Shown piece by piece: positions 13,525 through 29,300 of a stretch of 64,000 nucleotides of DNA. The position numbers and the translations under genes are program-made. The DNA is from Bugula neritina (Eukaryota > Animalia > Bryozoa), in the NCBI GenBank assembly GCA_964035545.1, contig OZ037772.1, positions 5,646,233 to 5,710,232 on the forward strand, in the 5' to 3' direction. Position 1 is the stretch's first letter; each line of letters starts with the position of its first letter. The notes below the pieces were generated by a model. It was not told the DNA's origin. It did no database searches and was given only the letters and a program-made list of their open reading frames with translations.

Positions 13525-14385
13525 GCTAAACTTGCCTTCTCCTCTCCAGCGCAGCTTATTATTTAATGCACTATTAAGTGATATTATAAGTTGAAATTAA
13601 AGCTTTCACTAAAAAGTTCTCGCTACAAAAGATATGGCAGCTGATATTTCTACAAACTTGAACTACCCTTCATTTGGCGAAAAAGTAAACAATTTCTATC
13701 TACAAAGTATTGACATACAGAGATAATTATTATTCTTTTTCAGTAAGGGATAGTTATTTATAATTTAAGTTTATATAATAAAAGCAGAAATCAAGCCAAA
13801 ACAGTGCCTGTTGCGCACAAGAAACTAAGTTTCAGGTAAAGTTTTGTCAACCATCACATTCTGTTCACCAAAACTCTTTAAATAACATTTCTACAAACTC
13901 AAATTGATTTCCATGCAGCAACAATTAAACTGACATGTTATATTATATATCAGACCATATGATATAGAATTTAATGCTTTAGTATAACCTTTTGTGTGCT
14001 TCTTGTAACCTTCCATCTCTACTATATATTATAGTAAACATTGTACAAAGCATAATATTATAGTTGCTATTAATTAGAGCTGTATATACTGTGGTGAGTT
14101 ATCTTATAATATTATAGGTCAGAGCTGTTCAAGCAGTGAGAAGGGAGTATATTTAATCAGAGTAGTTATAGAAATATTAGAAGACATGTTCTGTCTATTT
14201 AATAGTCAACACTGTTACATGCTACCTCTGCTACAATATTCATGTATTTTAAGTCAACATATACAAGCAACACTTCAAGGAGCTGGTCACATCTTATAAG
14301 TAATACTACAGTAGAAATAAAAAATATATTTGGGTGAGATTTACTATAGTAATTCACTCTCTCTTTCATTGGTGGAAGAAATTGA
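13525..14385 (+). repeat. Conserved intergenic/upstream block (copy 2), truncated before the CCAAT/GC-box end
   Basis: Homologous to ~380-1270 and ~48500-49300; similarity stops at ~14385, where (ATACA)-type low-complexity sequence begins. Confidence 0.8.
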
Positions 14386-14494
14386 TAAATACAATGCAAT
14401 GCCATACAATAAAACACAATGCAATGCTATACAATAAAATACAATACAATGCTATACAATATGATACTGCAGATAGTTATTGTTCTATAATAAG

Positions 14495-14799
14495 TTATAT
14501 TAGAGAAAACATATCAAGGAATGTCAAGTTTAACTTTTAGACTTTATAAAATGAATCCCCTGTGCTACAGCAGTGGAACATGGAGGGTGTAAAATTTTAC
14601 TTATCATGCAACAACTTTCTCAGAAATTTTTTTATTGAAAAATCAAAAAAGTATATGAAAGAGGAATGCAGGAGCTATCTTTTCATGTAAAATTTATTAA
14701 TGTGAGACAAAAACTGTTCGAGCTATCCCCTGGAAACCGTTTATATATAACGTAAAGCAGTGCCTGAACCTGGAAAGTAATGACCTTAAACTAACTGTG
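14495..14799 (-). mobile_element. One-ended fragment of the CACAGTTAGTTTAAGGTCA-TIR DNA transposon family
   Basis: Ends in ATGACCTTAAACTAACTGTG (14780-14799); reverse complement of ~59822-60120. Confidence 0.85.
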
Positions 14800-15138
14800 A
14801 ATGAACTATAATTACAATTTACAACTATAAGAAGTTTTAGTTTATTGGGATAATCTTACATCACACGGGAGCTAGTGCACTATTTGACTCGCCTCTGCGC
14901 AATTAAGAAGGAGTTATGCTCTACCTAAATGTGCGTATTACATAACACAGAACTATTTGCGTCTTTAAAGTCACCGGCTAGTTGCTAATATACTGGTGTT
15001 AAAAACGACCTTATTGTACTCTAAATAGCCTAAAGTTGCCTCTAAATATTTACCTAAGCCAGTTTCACAATTTGTAAGGGTAGAGTATTTATCAAGCGAA
15101 AGCTACTACAGCTGATCAAATTCGTACATTTAACAAAG

Positions 15139-18130
<2,992 letters not shown>

Positions 18131-18132
<2 letters not shown>

Positions 18133-18620
18133 GTAAGTGCTGTGATATAGTATTTACTAAGTAAGTACAGTGATAGAGTATATACTAAGTAAGTACAGTG
18201 GTATAGTATATACTAAGTAACTACAGCGGTATAGTATTTACTAAGTAAGTACAGTGGTATAGTATTTGCTAAGTAAGTACAGTGGTATAGTATTTACTAA
18301 GTAAGCACAGTGGTATAGTATTTACTAAGTAAGTACAGTGGTATAGTAATTACTAAGTAAGTGCAGTGGTATAGTATTTACTAAGTAAGCACAGTGGTAT
18401 AGTATTTACTAAGTAAGTACAGTGGTATAGTATTTACTAAGTAAGTACAGTGGTATAGTATTTACTAACTAAGTTCAGTGATATAGTATTTACTAAGTAA
18501 GTAGAGTGGTATAGTATTTACTAAGTAAGTACAGTGGTATAGTATATACTAAGTAAGTACAGTGATATCGTATTTACTAAGTAAGTACAGTGGTATAGTG
18601 TTTACTAAGTAAGTACAGTA
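18131..18620 (+). repeat. 28-bp minisatellite (AAGTAAGTACAGTGGTATAGTATTTACT), ~17 copies, starting at the PTGES2 exon 7 donor
   Basis: Directly visible tandem repeat with no unique spacers. Confidence 0.95.
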
Positions 18621-18762
18621 GTGCACTGTATTCGGTGTCTATCATCCCACCTATTATGTCGATTTTTGTTTCTGTTACATGCTTGTGAAGTGAGTGTTTT
18701 TATCACTCGACTGTATCGTTACTAGAATCACAGCAATATTCTGGTGTTCTGTATTCAATTAG

Positions 18763-20626
18763 AAGATCTCTCAGGGAAACATTTGTTATGTCACCTGTAT
18801 GACTACGATCAGTTTGTGAAGACGGAGAAGATTGGAGTTGTCCAACTGCGTTTAAATAGTCTACCACATGATGAGTCATTATAAGTAGAGAAACACATTG
18901 ACAGATGTCTACCTGAGTCACATGACCACGAAGAGGTGAATATGTTTCATTATTTAAAATCACAGTATACAGTGAATACAGTATTCTAAATAAAATAAAA
19001 CTACATATAATTATAAATATAACATTTAATGTTATAGTATTTACATTATGCATATGTAATGCACCTGTGTGTGTTGCATTCATCATAAATTAATATGTTT
19101 TTATGTAGTTAGATGAAATGTGTTTATAATGTATATGCAAAAGAAATGTAAATATATATTAAATGCAAGCAGCGAAGTGTATATGTGTACACGGCTTTAT
19201 TATCTATTTATTTATATTATTATATATGTTTTACAAATTATCCTTTAGAATTATGTCGGAGAGCTGCTGTTTTCCGTGAAGAGCACTAAGGCTAAAGATA
19301 ATCTTACGCTCACCTTTTTCTTTGCTAAAGCAAAAGACTTACACATAGAAGACGAAATCGCAGTACTGGGTAAGCAACTTCAAAGATAGCTGACGCTTTA
19401 AAAACTGTGTTAATATTCCATGCTTAACAGTCAGATTTTGAAATTGTTTTGAAGTGTCAAAAGGGTTTAATTTTGAAAGGATAATGAAAGAGAGCCCAAT
19501 GTGGTGCAATGGTAGCATACCTGCTTCCAACTCGGAGTCTTGGGTTTAAATCCTAGTGGGGGCAAAAGTTTTACATGTTATTTCGTAAAGTTTTATAGTA
19601 GTTATAGTAATCCGAGGTGATTGAAAGACCAGGGGGGGGGAAGGGGGGAGGCAGATGTCTAAGGCAGTAGTAGAAGAGCCAGCAAAGTTCTAGAGAACTG
19701 GGTGGGATATAGTTTTGTTGAGTTTACCCAGCAGCCCCTGTGGTGCAATGGTAGCGTGCCTGCTTGAAAACCGGCGGTGTGTGGTGCAACTCCTGCATGG
19801 CAGGGACTAATTTTTATAGAGATATGATATATTTTATAGGAATATGATATATTTTATAATTATCAGATGCTCAAACTCTTAATTTTTAATATTATTCTAG
19901 GCCTAACGGTAAGAGTGACGGTGCTAGAAGATGGGAAAAAGTTGAAGAAGAAACGTACTATAGATAACATCAAAGTGACTACTAATCCACTCTTCAACCA
20001 GGAGATAGTTCTAGCTCTGCCTCAACACGTGAACTTAGCTGATATGAGTATAGTCGTAGACTTGTGCAAAGTGAAAATCAGTAGTTATGAGGTGGGGGCG
20101 TCTATCAAGGAGTTCCGCTGTTCTGTAAATATTATTTCATATATCAACATTTCTATAGCATAACCTGGAAACTCGAGTTATGTTAAGGCTGAGTTTAAGT
20201 CATTTAGACTTGCTTGAACACCTGAGTTATATTGCTATGCTCGGTTGCCTTTTATCTAAGAATATGCTTTAAAAATAATTAGTGTTTAACTTTCATCTTC
20301 ATCAAAATTTTGGTGGAATTGGAAACTTTCGTCATAGTTAATATCTTGAACAAAAATGCTCAGTAACTTAGTCACTATTTGCTCAGTTTCTAATAATCAT
20401 CAGATGTTCTGTCAACTCCATCCATGGTACCTGCTAGACACCTGCTCACACACTATAAACACACACTGACACTTATACTTGACAGGTGGTTGGTAGAGTG
20501 TACATCAGTGCAGACGGTGACAAGAGAGGAGCTGAACATTGGAGAGAGCTTCAGCATTCTCTCAATACCAACAATAAAAGTTTGGAGTGGTGGCACCAGT
20601 TGAAGAAAGTAGCCAAGGGGAGCTGA
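18763..20626 (+). pseudogene. Synaptotagmin-like tandem-C2 gene fragment (end of C2A plus C2B), 5'-truncated, with in-frame TAA at 18882-18884. Exons 18763-18935, 19249-19369, 19901-20091, 20486-20626
   Basis: Spliced translation: LLCHLYDYDQFVKTEKIGVVQL...ESL*VEK...NYVGELLFSVK...GKKLKKKRT...TNPLFNQEIV...VVGRVYI...HW...WWHQL. This has the C2B polybasic stretch and the C-terminal WHxL motif; phases are consistent. Confidence 0.85.
19494..19808 (+). mobile_element. Dimeric tRNA-derived repeat (two degenerate tRNA-like heads with a G-rich spacer); related copy at ~27575-27880
   Basis: TGTGGTGCAATGGTAGC occurs at ~19500 and ~19739, and the spacer resembles that of the 27.6-27.9 kb pair. Confidence 0.45.
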
Positions 20627-23600
20627 GGCTATCTAGTATTGTACTGTACGAGTAACTTGTACCCGTCTCAACCTAGTCAGTGTGATAAACAGAGTGCACT
20701 AAGTCACTGCAGACATTGTGTCAAAGTGCTGAATAATTTATTATAGTTATATTATATAGCCTACTATAGTTTTTATCATTTAGAGTTTATGACTTCTGTA
20801 TTATTGTAAATAAATCTCAGTATTTAAATCAATTCTGATTGGTTTGTATTTAAACTGGGTCAAAGATGACAAATGACAATGATAAGCAAGTTTCATTCTA
20901 TTAGTTGTTGGTTTATAATGGTCTCCAGTATGTGACAATGATTGAGATATGTTAATAATATACTGGCAGGTTACATGATATGCTTTTGATATAAAAAGTA
21001 AAATACACAACTATAAAATACCTGTTTATAAATCTTATAAGCTTCTATATACCTTCGCCATCACATGCTACTCGTTATAGTCATACTATATCATTTGATG
21101 TGACTAAGCAAGAAAATATTTGCCATATAGAATGCAAAGCCAATTAAAGAAAATGATTTACTGAATCCACTCACTCTACAATTTATTTCAAGTCTATAAT
21201 ATAGTATAACTCATTACAGTAATAGAGAAAGGTGCAGATCAGTGTTATATGGTTAATGCACAGATTTGTGACTTTTTGGCCAAACATTTTACTCCTCTTA
21301 GGATATACAGGTGCCAATGCAATCTAATAAACAATTTTTACTGATGCTTAAGATTTTGAATAATGAAATGTGTAACCATCAGCTTTTAATAACTGATGGA
21401 TAATATTATTTGGCTGTCGATAAAAAATTGTAGTGTAAGAGTAGTCTGCTCTTTGCTTCGCCATGACAACAAATGCGTTATTATAATCGTCAGATATAAT
21501 ATCGGAATTGTTCTGAGATATAAGTGATCACATAACATCGCAGATTTGATCTACAAGCACGCAAAAATGTCCAACTCGGGAAATTTCTATTACTCATCTG
21601 TAGCGCAGTTTCATTTTCGACTTTCGTGCAGCAGCTTGCAGAAACAGTTTTGAGTAAAACTAGGTCAATCATCTTCACTCGATTAGCACGATTAGACCCC
21701 AAGTCACCCAGCAAACACTTTGTTGGTGAGAAAATTTTAATTTATCATATTCGACTTGAACCGATTAGGATTATGGTTATAACTGTAATCATCCATCACA
21801 CTATGATTATGATTTATTGGTTAAATGATTGAATTTGATGATAGCCATTGTCATTGTGATTGGCAGATTGCGATGCTTGGTCTCAGTCTCACGTAACTAA
21901 TACTAATACGAATGATAAAGTGATTGTCGTTGTAATTATTAATTAATGACTAACTTTAATAGGTTGACTGTCAATAACTCACTAACTTTAAGTTGGTTGA
22001 CATCACAATCGAAATGACTACAGCCTCAAACACAAAGTTACTACCAAGTCCAGTGTCAGCCCTTGTTAGATGTAGATGTAAATAATTCAATATTATTATC
22101 AGATAGTTGATGATGGAATTGTTTGCTGTTCTTGGAACTTGGGCAATGCCCAAATCTTTTTTTATTTCTCTTGTTATTCACTTGTATGGGTATTGGTAAC
22201 TGATGTGAAATCATTGTGATCAATATGATTGCGTCATCCTAATATGATGTAATTGTAGAACAAAATGTCATCTAAGCCACAACAAATGGTAAGATGTACT
22301 ATTTGTTTATCTAAACTCAAGTTAGAGGAATGTAAGGCACTACCTTGTACTCATCCACACTGTGACAAGTGTTTGAATGAATTCTATGGAAGGCTAAACG
22401 CTCTTAAATGTGGAATATGTCGGTAGGTTTATATCAAAGTATTTACTATGTGTTTTCGCTATGTACAGGATGTATTGCAGTTAAAATGATAATTTACCAG
22501 GTAGAATGGAGCACATTATGCTATGAACGTTGATTCATAAATCTTTTCTAACATGGATCTATCTATCATAAAGATATTTCTGTTACAGACAAGTGTTCGA
22601 TACAACACCTGATAAATTACCAACAGCAGACCAGATGAAACAGATAGATAAGTCTATACTCTGTGAAGTCTGTACAAAGTCAGGAGAGAATAATATACCT
22701 GCTCTGGTGTATTGTTTAGTTTGTTCCAAACTGTACTGTGCTAAACATATCATTGTAAGTTACCATTCTTTAGTTTCTTATCCGTGCGTGGATATTTATA
22801 GGTTGGATTGGACTGGTCACCAACTTTGGGCCAAAATTTTAGCAGATAGGTGAAGATCTGATTAGGTTAATCAAACAAATATATTCACTCATTTCTTCAC
22901 AAAAATTTGTTTTGTGCCTTTCGATCTTAACATGTATTGATCAGCCCACATCATGCTGTAGTTTATTATGTTATGGTCGAGGGGACATAACCCTCAAGAC
23001 TCACTTATTGCACTCATGTTTCTATTTTATTAGATTTTAAGATATAGCTTTATATTTTTAGAAGTAATCATGTACTATTGCATATATACATTAGGAGTTA
23101 TTTAAGATCATGACATTGAGGCCGTTATAATGCATACATGGGGTTTTATAAGTAATATTATCAGTAAATCACAAACTAATTTGTATTTATTTATATAGGA
23201 TCATGATATTGTGGCTGAAGAACATTCTAGAATTAGTATGACAGAGTATAAAGCTCGTGCTGCTAAGTTAGAGAAGAGAATGTGTGAGACACATGGAGAC
23301 GTAGAGTATACTTTGGGTTGTAAAGTCTGTCTGAAACTATTCTGTACTCAATGCGAATCTACATCTGGTGTATGTGATGATGGTAAGTGTTCGTTTGTCT
23401 TCATCACTCATTTCAAATATAATATATCTCAGAAACATCACAGAACACATTACTTAACATGTAGAATATATACATTACCTACCTCAGGTACATCACAGCA
23501 TACAATGCTTACATTGAGTGATTTGACAATGCAACTGGTAGAAGTTTCAAAGTTGAAGGCAAGGGAAGACAACTTATCTGATTATTGCAAGCAGATAGCT

Positions 23601-24391
23601 GCACGCATTGATGAGTTTAGAACTGAAACCAAGAATTTATTGGTGTTGCTATGGAAACAGCGTGATGATCAGGTGACTATTACATGGTTTTTAAATTTGA
23701 TAATTATAAAGATCATATAGAAATTGTGAGAGTTTGTTTATAGCTTTTTAATAATCATCTGAGATAAGCTACTTTTTTGGTAGATGCAAGATGGTTATAC
23801 ACTCAGACACTCTTCAAATCATTCTAGCTTGTCTAACATTTAATGTGACTGTATTTAGATAGCAGCTATTCAACAGAAGTATGACAAACTGGAGAAAGAA
23901 CTGGTGGATGAGAGAGAAAAGACTGAGAGTCAAGCAGTGAACTTTATGGTAGAGGAAGTGGGGGTTAGGTACTGTAAGCTTTATAATCACAGAACAGGGA
24001 TAGAGGCCAAGTTGAACCAAAGTCATGAGGTTAGTTGCAGAGCATAGATAATAGATGTTATGGTGTGTGTATCTGTAGCAGTTTGATGTTTCATATAACA
24101 TCTATGGATCATTTCGGCATAGAATAATATAGACATAATGTAATGAATTGCAAAAATGCCTTACCATACCCTACTACTATAACATGGCATACTGTATAAT
24201 ACATTAGGGTACTGTGTAATACCACAAAAGACTGTCTAAGAGCCCAAACTTTCTTTTTATAATGCTTTTTTGTAGTTGTATGTTGTTTGTGTTGGGAGCA
24301 AATTTACCTCACTCTTACAGATTTTCTTGTTTATCCACGAAACTTCTGTCTAATCAACAACTCCCAAACAGCTACTGCACAGTGTCACGAT

Positions 24392-25150
24392 CACCTGCTT
24401 TCCATGTACCGATCTCAGATCGATCTCAGCGAGATCGATCCATGGAAAGATGCCAAAGAATGATCTCCATCGATCTAAGCTGGTCGGTCTGTAGAGCTCG
24501 AACTCAGATCGATCTCATGTCAATAAGACCATGGAAAGACGCCATATCTATCGGAGAAGTAGAAAAAGACTGCGCGCTACAATGTTGTCTGCTAATAAAA
24601 ATGATAACTTATTGATAATTACTAAGCAAAGTAATAACTAATCATGATAACCACTTTTTCAGATGCCAAAACTTTGACTTTCAGTACAATTATATGCAGT
24701 AGAAGGTAAAAAAATGGGAAAATTTAAATTGAATTTAAATGACTATCAAAACTTAGTTTCATTAGCTATTTTTTTTGTAATTTTAAGCCTAACAATTCTG
24801 TAAGTTTATTAATAATCTGCAAGACAGCCATTAATGTTATATAAGCTGTCAAGCTAAAAAATTAAAATTAATTATTTTAAATTGGCCAAATTACCATACA
24901 CTGAAAGCTTTGCTGCGTATAGTTTATAGCTGGGATTAAATTTTAGACTAATACCATCTTGTTTTCAACAGTAGTAGCTTTAATCACTCAAATAGATGAA
25001 CAAATTATACTTTTAAAGTATCCTTCACTTAAGAGGAGGCAACTTCGCTAGATCGATCTGACACTCTCATGGAAAAACGATCGATCTGAGCCCATTTCTT
25101 AGATCGATCTCAGCGAGATCGATCTGAGATCGGTACATGGAAAGCCGGTG
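24392..25150. mobile_element. Non-autonomous TIR element (~760 bp, ~50-bp TIRs rich in GATCGATC)
   Basis: CACCTGCTTTCCATGTACCGATCTCAGATCGATC... / ...GATCGATCTGAGATCGGTACATGGAAAGCCGGTG, flanked by AT on both sides; absent at the paralogous intron 5 sites (~10245, ~45410, ~56068). Confidence 0.85.
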
Positions 25151-25154
25151 ATTA

Positions 25155-25505
<351 letters not shown>

Positions 25506-25640
25506 GTATGCTGATTGTCAATCTAGTTGGAGTTCCAGCGAAGTAAAGTGCTCGATATCACGGGTGACAGAGCTAATATAATGTAGTGTGTTCAGATTGT
25601 TAATGATACATATATTATATTTTTTTATTTAAAAAATCTC

Positions 25641-25685
25641 ACACGACTATATAGTTTCGTACAGTAAACTGCACTCGTCAGGTGT
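25641..25685 (-). ncRNA. Minimal type I hammerhead ribozyme (Penelope-associated)
   Basis: Minus strand reads ACAC-CUGACGA-GUGCAG(UUUA)CUGUAC-GAAAC-UAUAUA-GUC^GUGU: complete catalytic core, stem I ACAC/GUGU, 6-bp stem II, palindromic stem/loop III and a GUC cleavage triplet. Confidence 0.85.
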
Positions 25686-25899
25686 TAGACTAAAAATAAA
25701 TAAAATCTATGAAGCATACCGATTATTCAAATTTTTACATAAAGAAAACTATCATGCTAAACACAACGTAAAACGAAATGCAAACATAGTAGTGGATTTG
25801 GTGTTATCTATTAATTAATTAAATTGCTCTTTTTCTAAAGGATTAGACTATAAAAGCTAGATGTTTGATGGAAAGGGTAATTTATAATAGGTAGTACTA

Positions 25900-26205
25900 T
25901 GGTTGAGAATTGTTAGTATTGTTATGTGATGTTGCCCAGGTAGTGCTTGTGCATGTGGATAGAATCTCATTTCTGTTATTAAGGGAAGATTTGCTGGGCT
26001 GGTATATTATAAAATATTTTTCCCATAGGCAGAGGTTGCACCTTTTAGTGACTTTGTTGTATGAGTTGGTCTTTTTCATAATTTTCCATGTTATGTCAAA
26101 ATGGGTGTTCTTGTCTTTTAGTTTCCAGATATATTTGCTCAATTCAGTATGGTTCTTTTTTGTTTTGTTGTTAAAAGTTGATTTGTGGTTATAGTTTCTA
26201 TAATT
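25900..26205 (-). mobile_element. Penelope-like element fragment (GIY-YIG endonuclease C-terminal part)
   Basis: NHKSTF...TELSKYIWKLK...WKI...RCNLCLWEKYFII...LNNRNEILSTC. Confidence 0.85.
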
Positions 26206-26397
26206 AAAAAATGAATCAAAAGAACTCAATATTTCGAAAAATAGAGTATTTATATTTGGTACTGATACAATTTTGGATATAAAAATAAACTTATATATTC
26301 ATTTTATCAACTACAATATCATCAGGTCGTTGTGTGTACGGTTGAGTGATTTTGTTTTGAAATTAGCGTTGTTTGTGTATTGCTACGCTGGAATGTC

Positions 26398-29300
26398 TTA
26401 ACTAGCGTCTGTTAAATGCGCAAGTAAAAATCTACCCTTATGTCTGCACGTAGTGGAAAGCTCTTTTCGTTTGTTGAGGGAAGATAATTCCGGTTGTTTT
26501 AAAATTATATATTTCTCATAGCTGCATAAGTTACATCTGTTGGTTAGGTTTGAGTATGATTTGCATTTTTTAAAATGATCCATTTTAGGCTGAATTTTGT
26601 GTTGTTCTCTTTTAAATTTCAGATGTATCTGCTGAATTGTGTGCTGTTGGCTTTATTTGCATATAGGAAAGAGGCTTTATGGTTATTGAATCTGGTTTTG
26701 AAGGGAGTCGAACAGAGTCCTATGTATGAATGGCTGGAATTATTGTCATGTCTTGTCACAGTTGCTTGGTATATTATGTCTTTGTATAAGCATTTACACA
26801 GAGAGAAATATTAGTGTTAGAGTGAACATTAGCTGACAACTAAAACAGCTCGTTTTTTGGCTCCTAAATTGACCAGCAGTGAATAGAAATTAGTGTCAGG
26901 TACTGTTCACAGTGAGTAGTATGTTAGATCAATGTTGATATAAAGAGTTGTGAAGTTGATTCTTTGTATTTATCACAGTGAGCCAAGTTATGTTCAATGG
27001 TGATCTTATATATGTTCAATGGTGATCTTATTTATGCTCAATAGTGATATTATATATGTTTAATAGTGATCTTATTTATGTTCAATAGTGATATTATATA
27101 TGTTCAATGGTGAGCTTATATATATTCAATGGTGATCTTATTTATGCTCAATAGTGATATTATATATGTTTAATGATGATCTTATTTCTGTTCAATGATG
27201 ATCTTAGATATGCTCAATGCTGAACTAAGTTATATTCAAAGCTGAACTTATAAATGTTCCATGCTGCTCTAATTTTTGTTGAAAATAAGTTTCTGCAAAA
27301 ATTATTACTGATCACTCTGAACTAACTTGTCATAACTTTTAACCAGTATGAGAGTATAGTAATGTGGATTTTATTGTATATGATAGTTGAATATAAGAAA
27401 TGCAACAAAAAATAACTTCTAAAGATTAAAATAAGAAAAAAAACATGAAAATAAACATTTGCAGAATTTTTCTACGACTGTAAATTCAGTTAACTTTTCT
27501 CAATATTAGCAGAACCCGCTAAGACCATAGTGTGTGTCATTACATTCTTGCTCTGTAGTGTAGCGATAACCAAGTAGTTGTGGTGTGTAATGGTTAGCAC
27601 ACCTGTGTGCAAGTCCGAGGTCTGTGATAGTAACCCAAGTAGGGGAGGGGGGAGGGGAAGTTTTATAACTAATTCCAGCGGTTAGTAAAGTGTGGTAGAA
27701 CTCCGAGAGGAGTTGAGTGGTCAGGGAAACTTGAAGGAGTAGTATAAAAAAAGGCAGCTGAGTTCTTGAAAAGTGGGTAAGGTGTAGTGTCGAGAGCACC
27801 CAGTGACGCTTGTAATGTAATGGTGAGTGCGCCTGCTTGCAGGCTGAAGGTCTCAGCATGATTCAAAGTTTTGTAGCGGTCAAATTCTTTTTTGTGCTCC
27901 TATTCAGCATCTTTGAGTGCATGTTCTCAAAAAATGTTATGGGATCTACAACAAAAGATAAAATTTGGGTAATATTTAAACTGTATTAGTATGAACAGTA
28001 AACATTTGGTTAAGATATACAATCACAAGCAGCTTATAAATTAAGTTCAACTTTGAAGAAGCTGAAGTCTAAGGCCAAAACTAATAGTATCAATGATGTT
28101 AGCTATGAATCTTTCAGCATATTTTCAGCACCATCGTACCAATCGTTTGATTCTGAATAACCATACAGGCTTTGGCAAACTTATGATCATTATGTTGCGT
28201 AGGGTTTGGGTTAGTTTGAGCTTATCAAAATTTAGTAACAATTTTGGCCATCATTTTATTTTACTTCTTTCTTAATTACAAATGCAAAAGCTGTTGGGCA
28301 TAATTAGTTTAGTTAATAGAAGCTTCTCTGCATTAAAATTATCTCAAAATGTCTGTGAACCACAATTTAAGCTAGATTCAGCATTTTATATAGACCCCTC
28401 ATATCGAGATAACAGATATTGATAAGTTTCAGTATGTCTATAAATTGAAAAACAAATAAAGTCCTACCAAGAAAAATATTGCTACTTAAACATGTGTTTA
28501 TATTTAATTGTGCTGTGCAAAGACAAATAAAAGAATATACTAGTAGCACGGAAATTAATAAAAGATTTTGCCAACTTTGCCAACTCACCACTAATATTGG
28601 CATTTTGGTACTTAGCTATAAAACAAGAAGCTAGCTTGGCAGCTGCTTAAGGCTAATAACTACTTGTAGGCTGCTAAACTGCATTATTAACAATACTTCT
28701 ACAATGGGAGGGGGGAATTCAAATTAATGAATTTAGCACAAATTGCTAGAAGTTGAAGTGGAAATAAAACGCTAATTTTTTTGAAAATAGATTGTTACAG
28801 AAAAACTCGTATCAAATTGATATAGGAATAGAGTAGTTTGGGAAATATCAGTCAATGTGGTCTCTTAAAAGTTATAGTTGCACAAATTCAATTATCTGTC
28901 TACAGCAATAGTCATACTGATACTGTCATTGTGATATAAAATGACAACGTTAAGCAAATGATTGAGCTTACCTTTTGCTGCAATGACAACTTCAGTTACT
29001 AACTCTGAAAGAAAGTGATCATCTTCTATCTCTGAGAGGTAGCTGCAATCTTTACCCATGTGATGAAATGATTCAACGTTTTCCATGTTGTGGGGTTGTT
29101 TGGAAGCACAAATTCACTGAATCTCAAAGCACAACCTCTTAGTCTGAGCCTCTGGTGTTCACTATGCCCGCAGAATATTTCTTCTGTCAATAGCCGTGAA
29201 TGAAAACTATGTGCTGTTATGTAATAACATTTGTTTTGCTCTTTCGATGCTTGGTAAGCCAGTTTCTTGCCTTTGAATTACAATTTAAATATTTCCTCAC

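Noticed and set aside
18703-19086. 127-aa minus-strand ORF
   Set aside because: Antisense to the synaptotagmin C2A exon plus AT-rich intron; no motif support.
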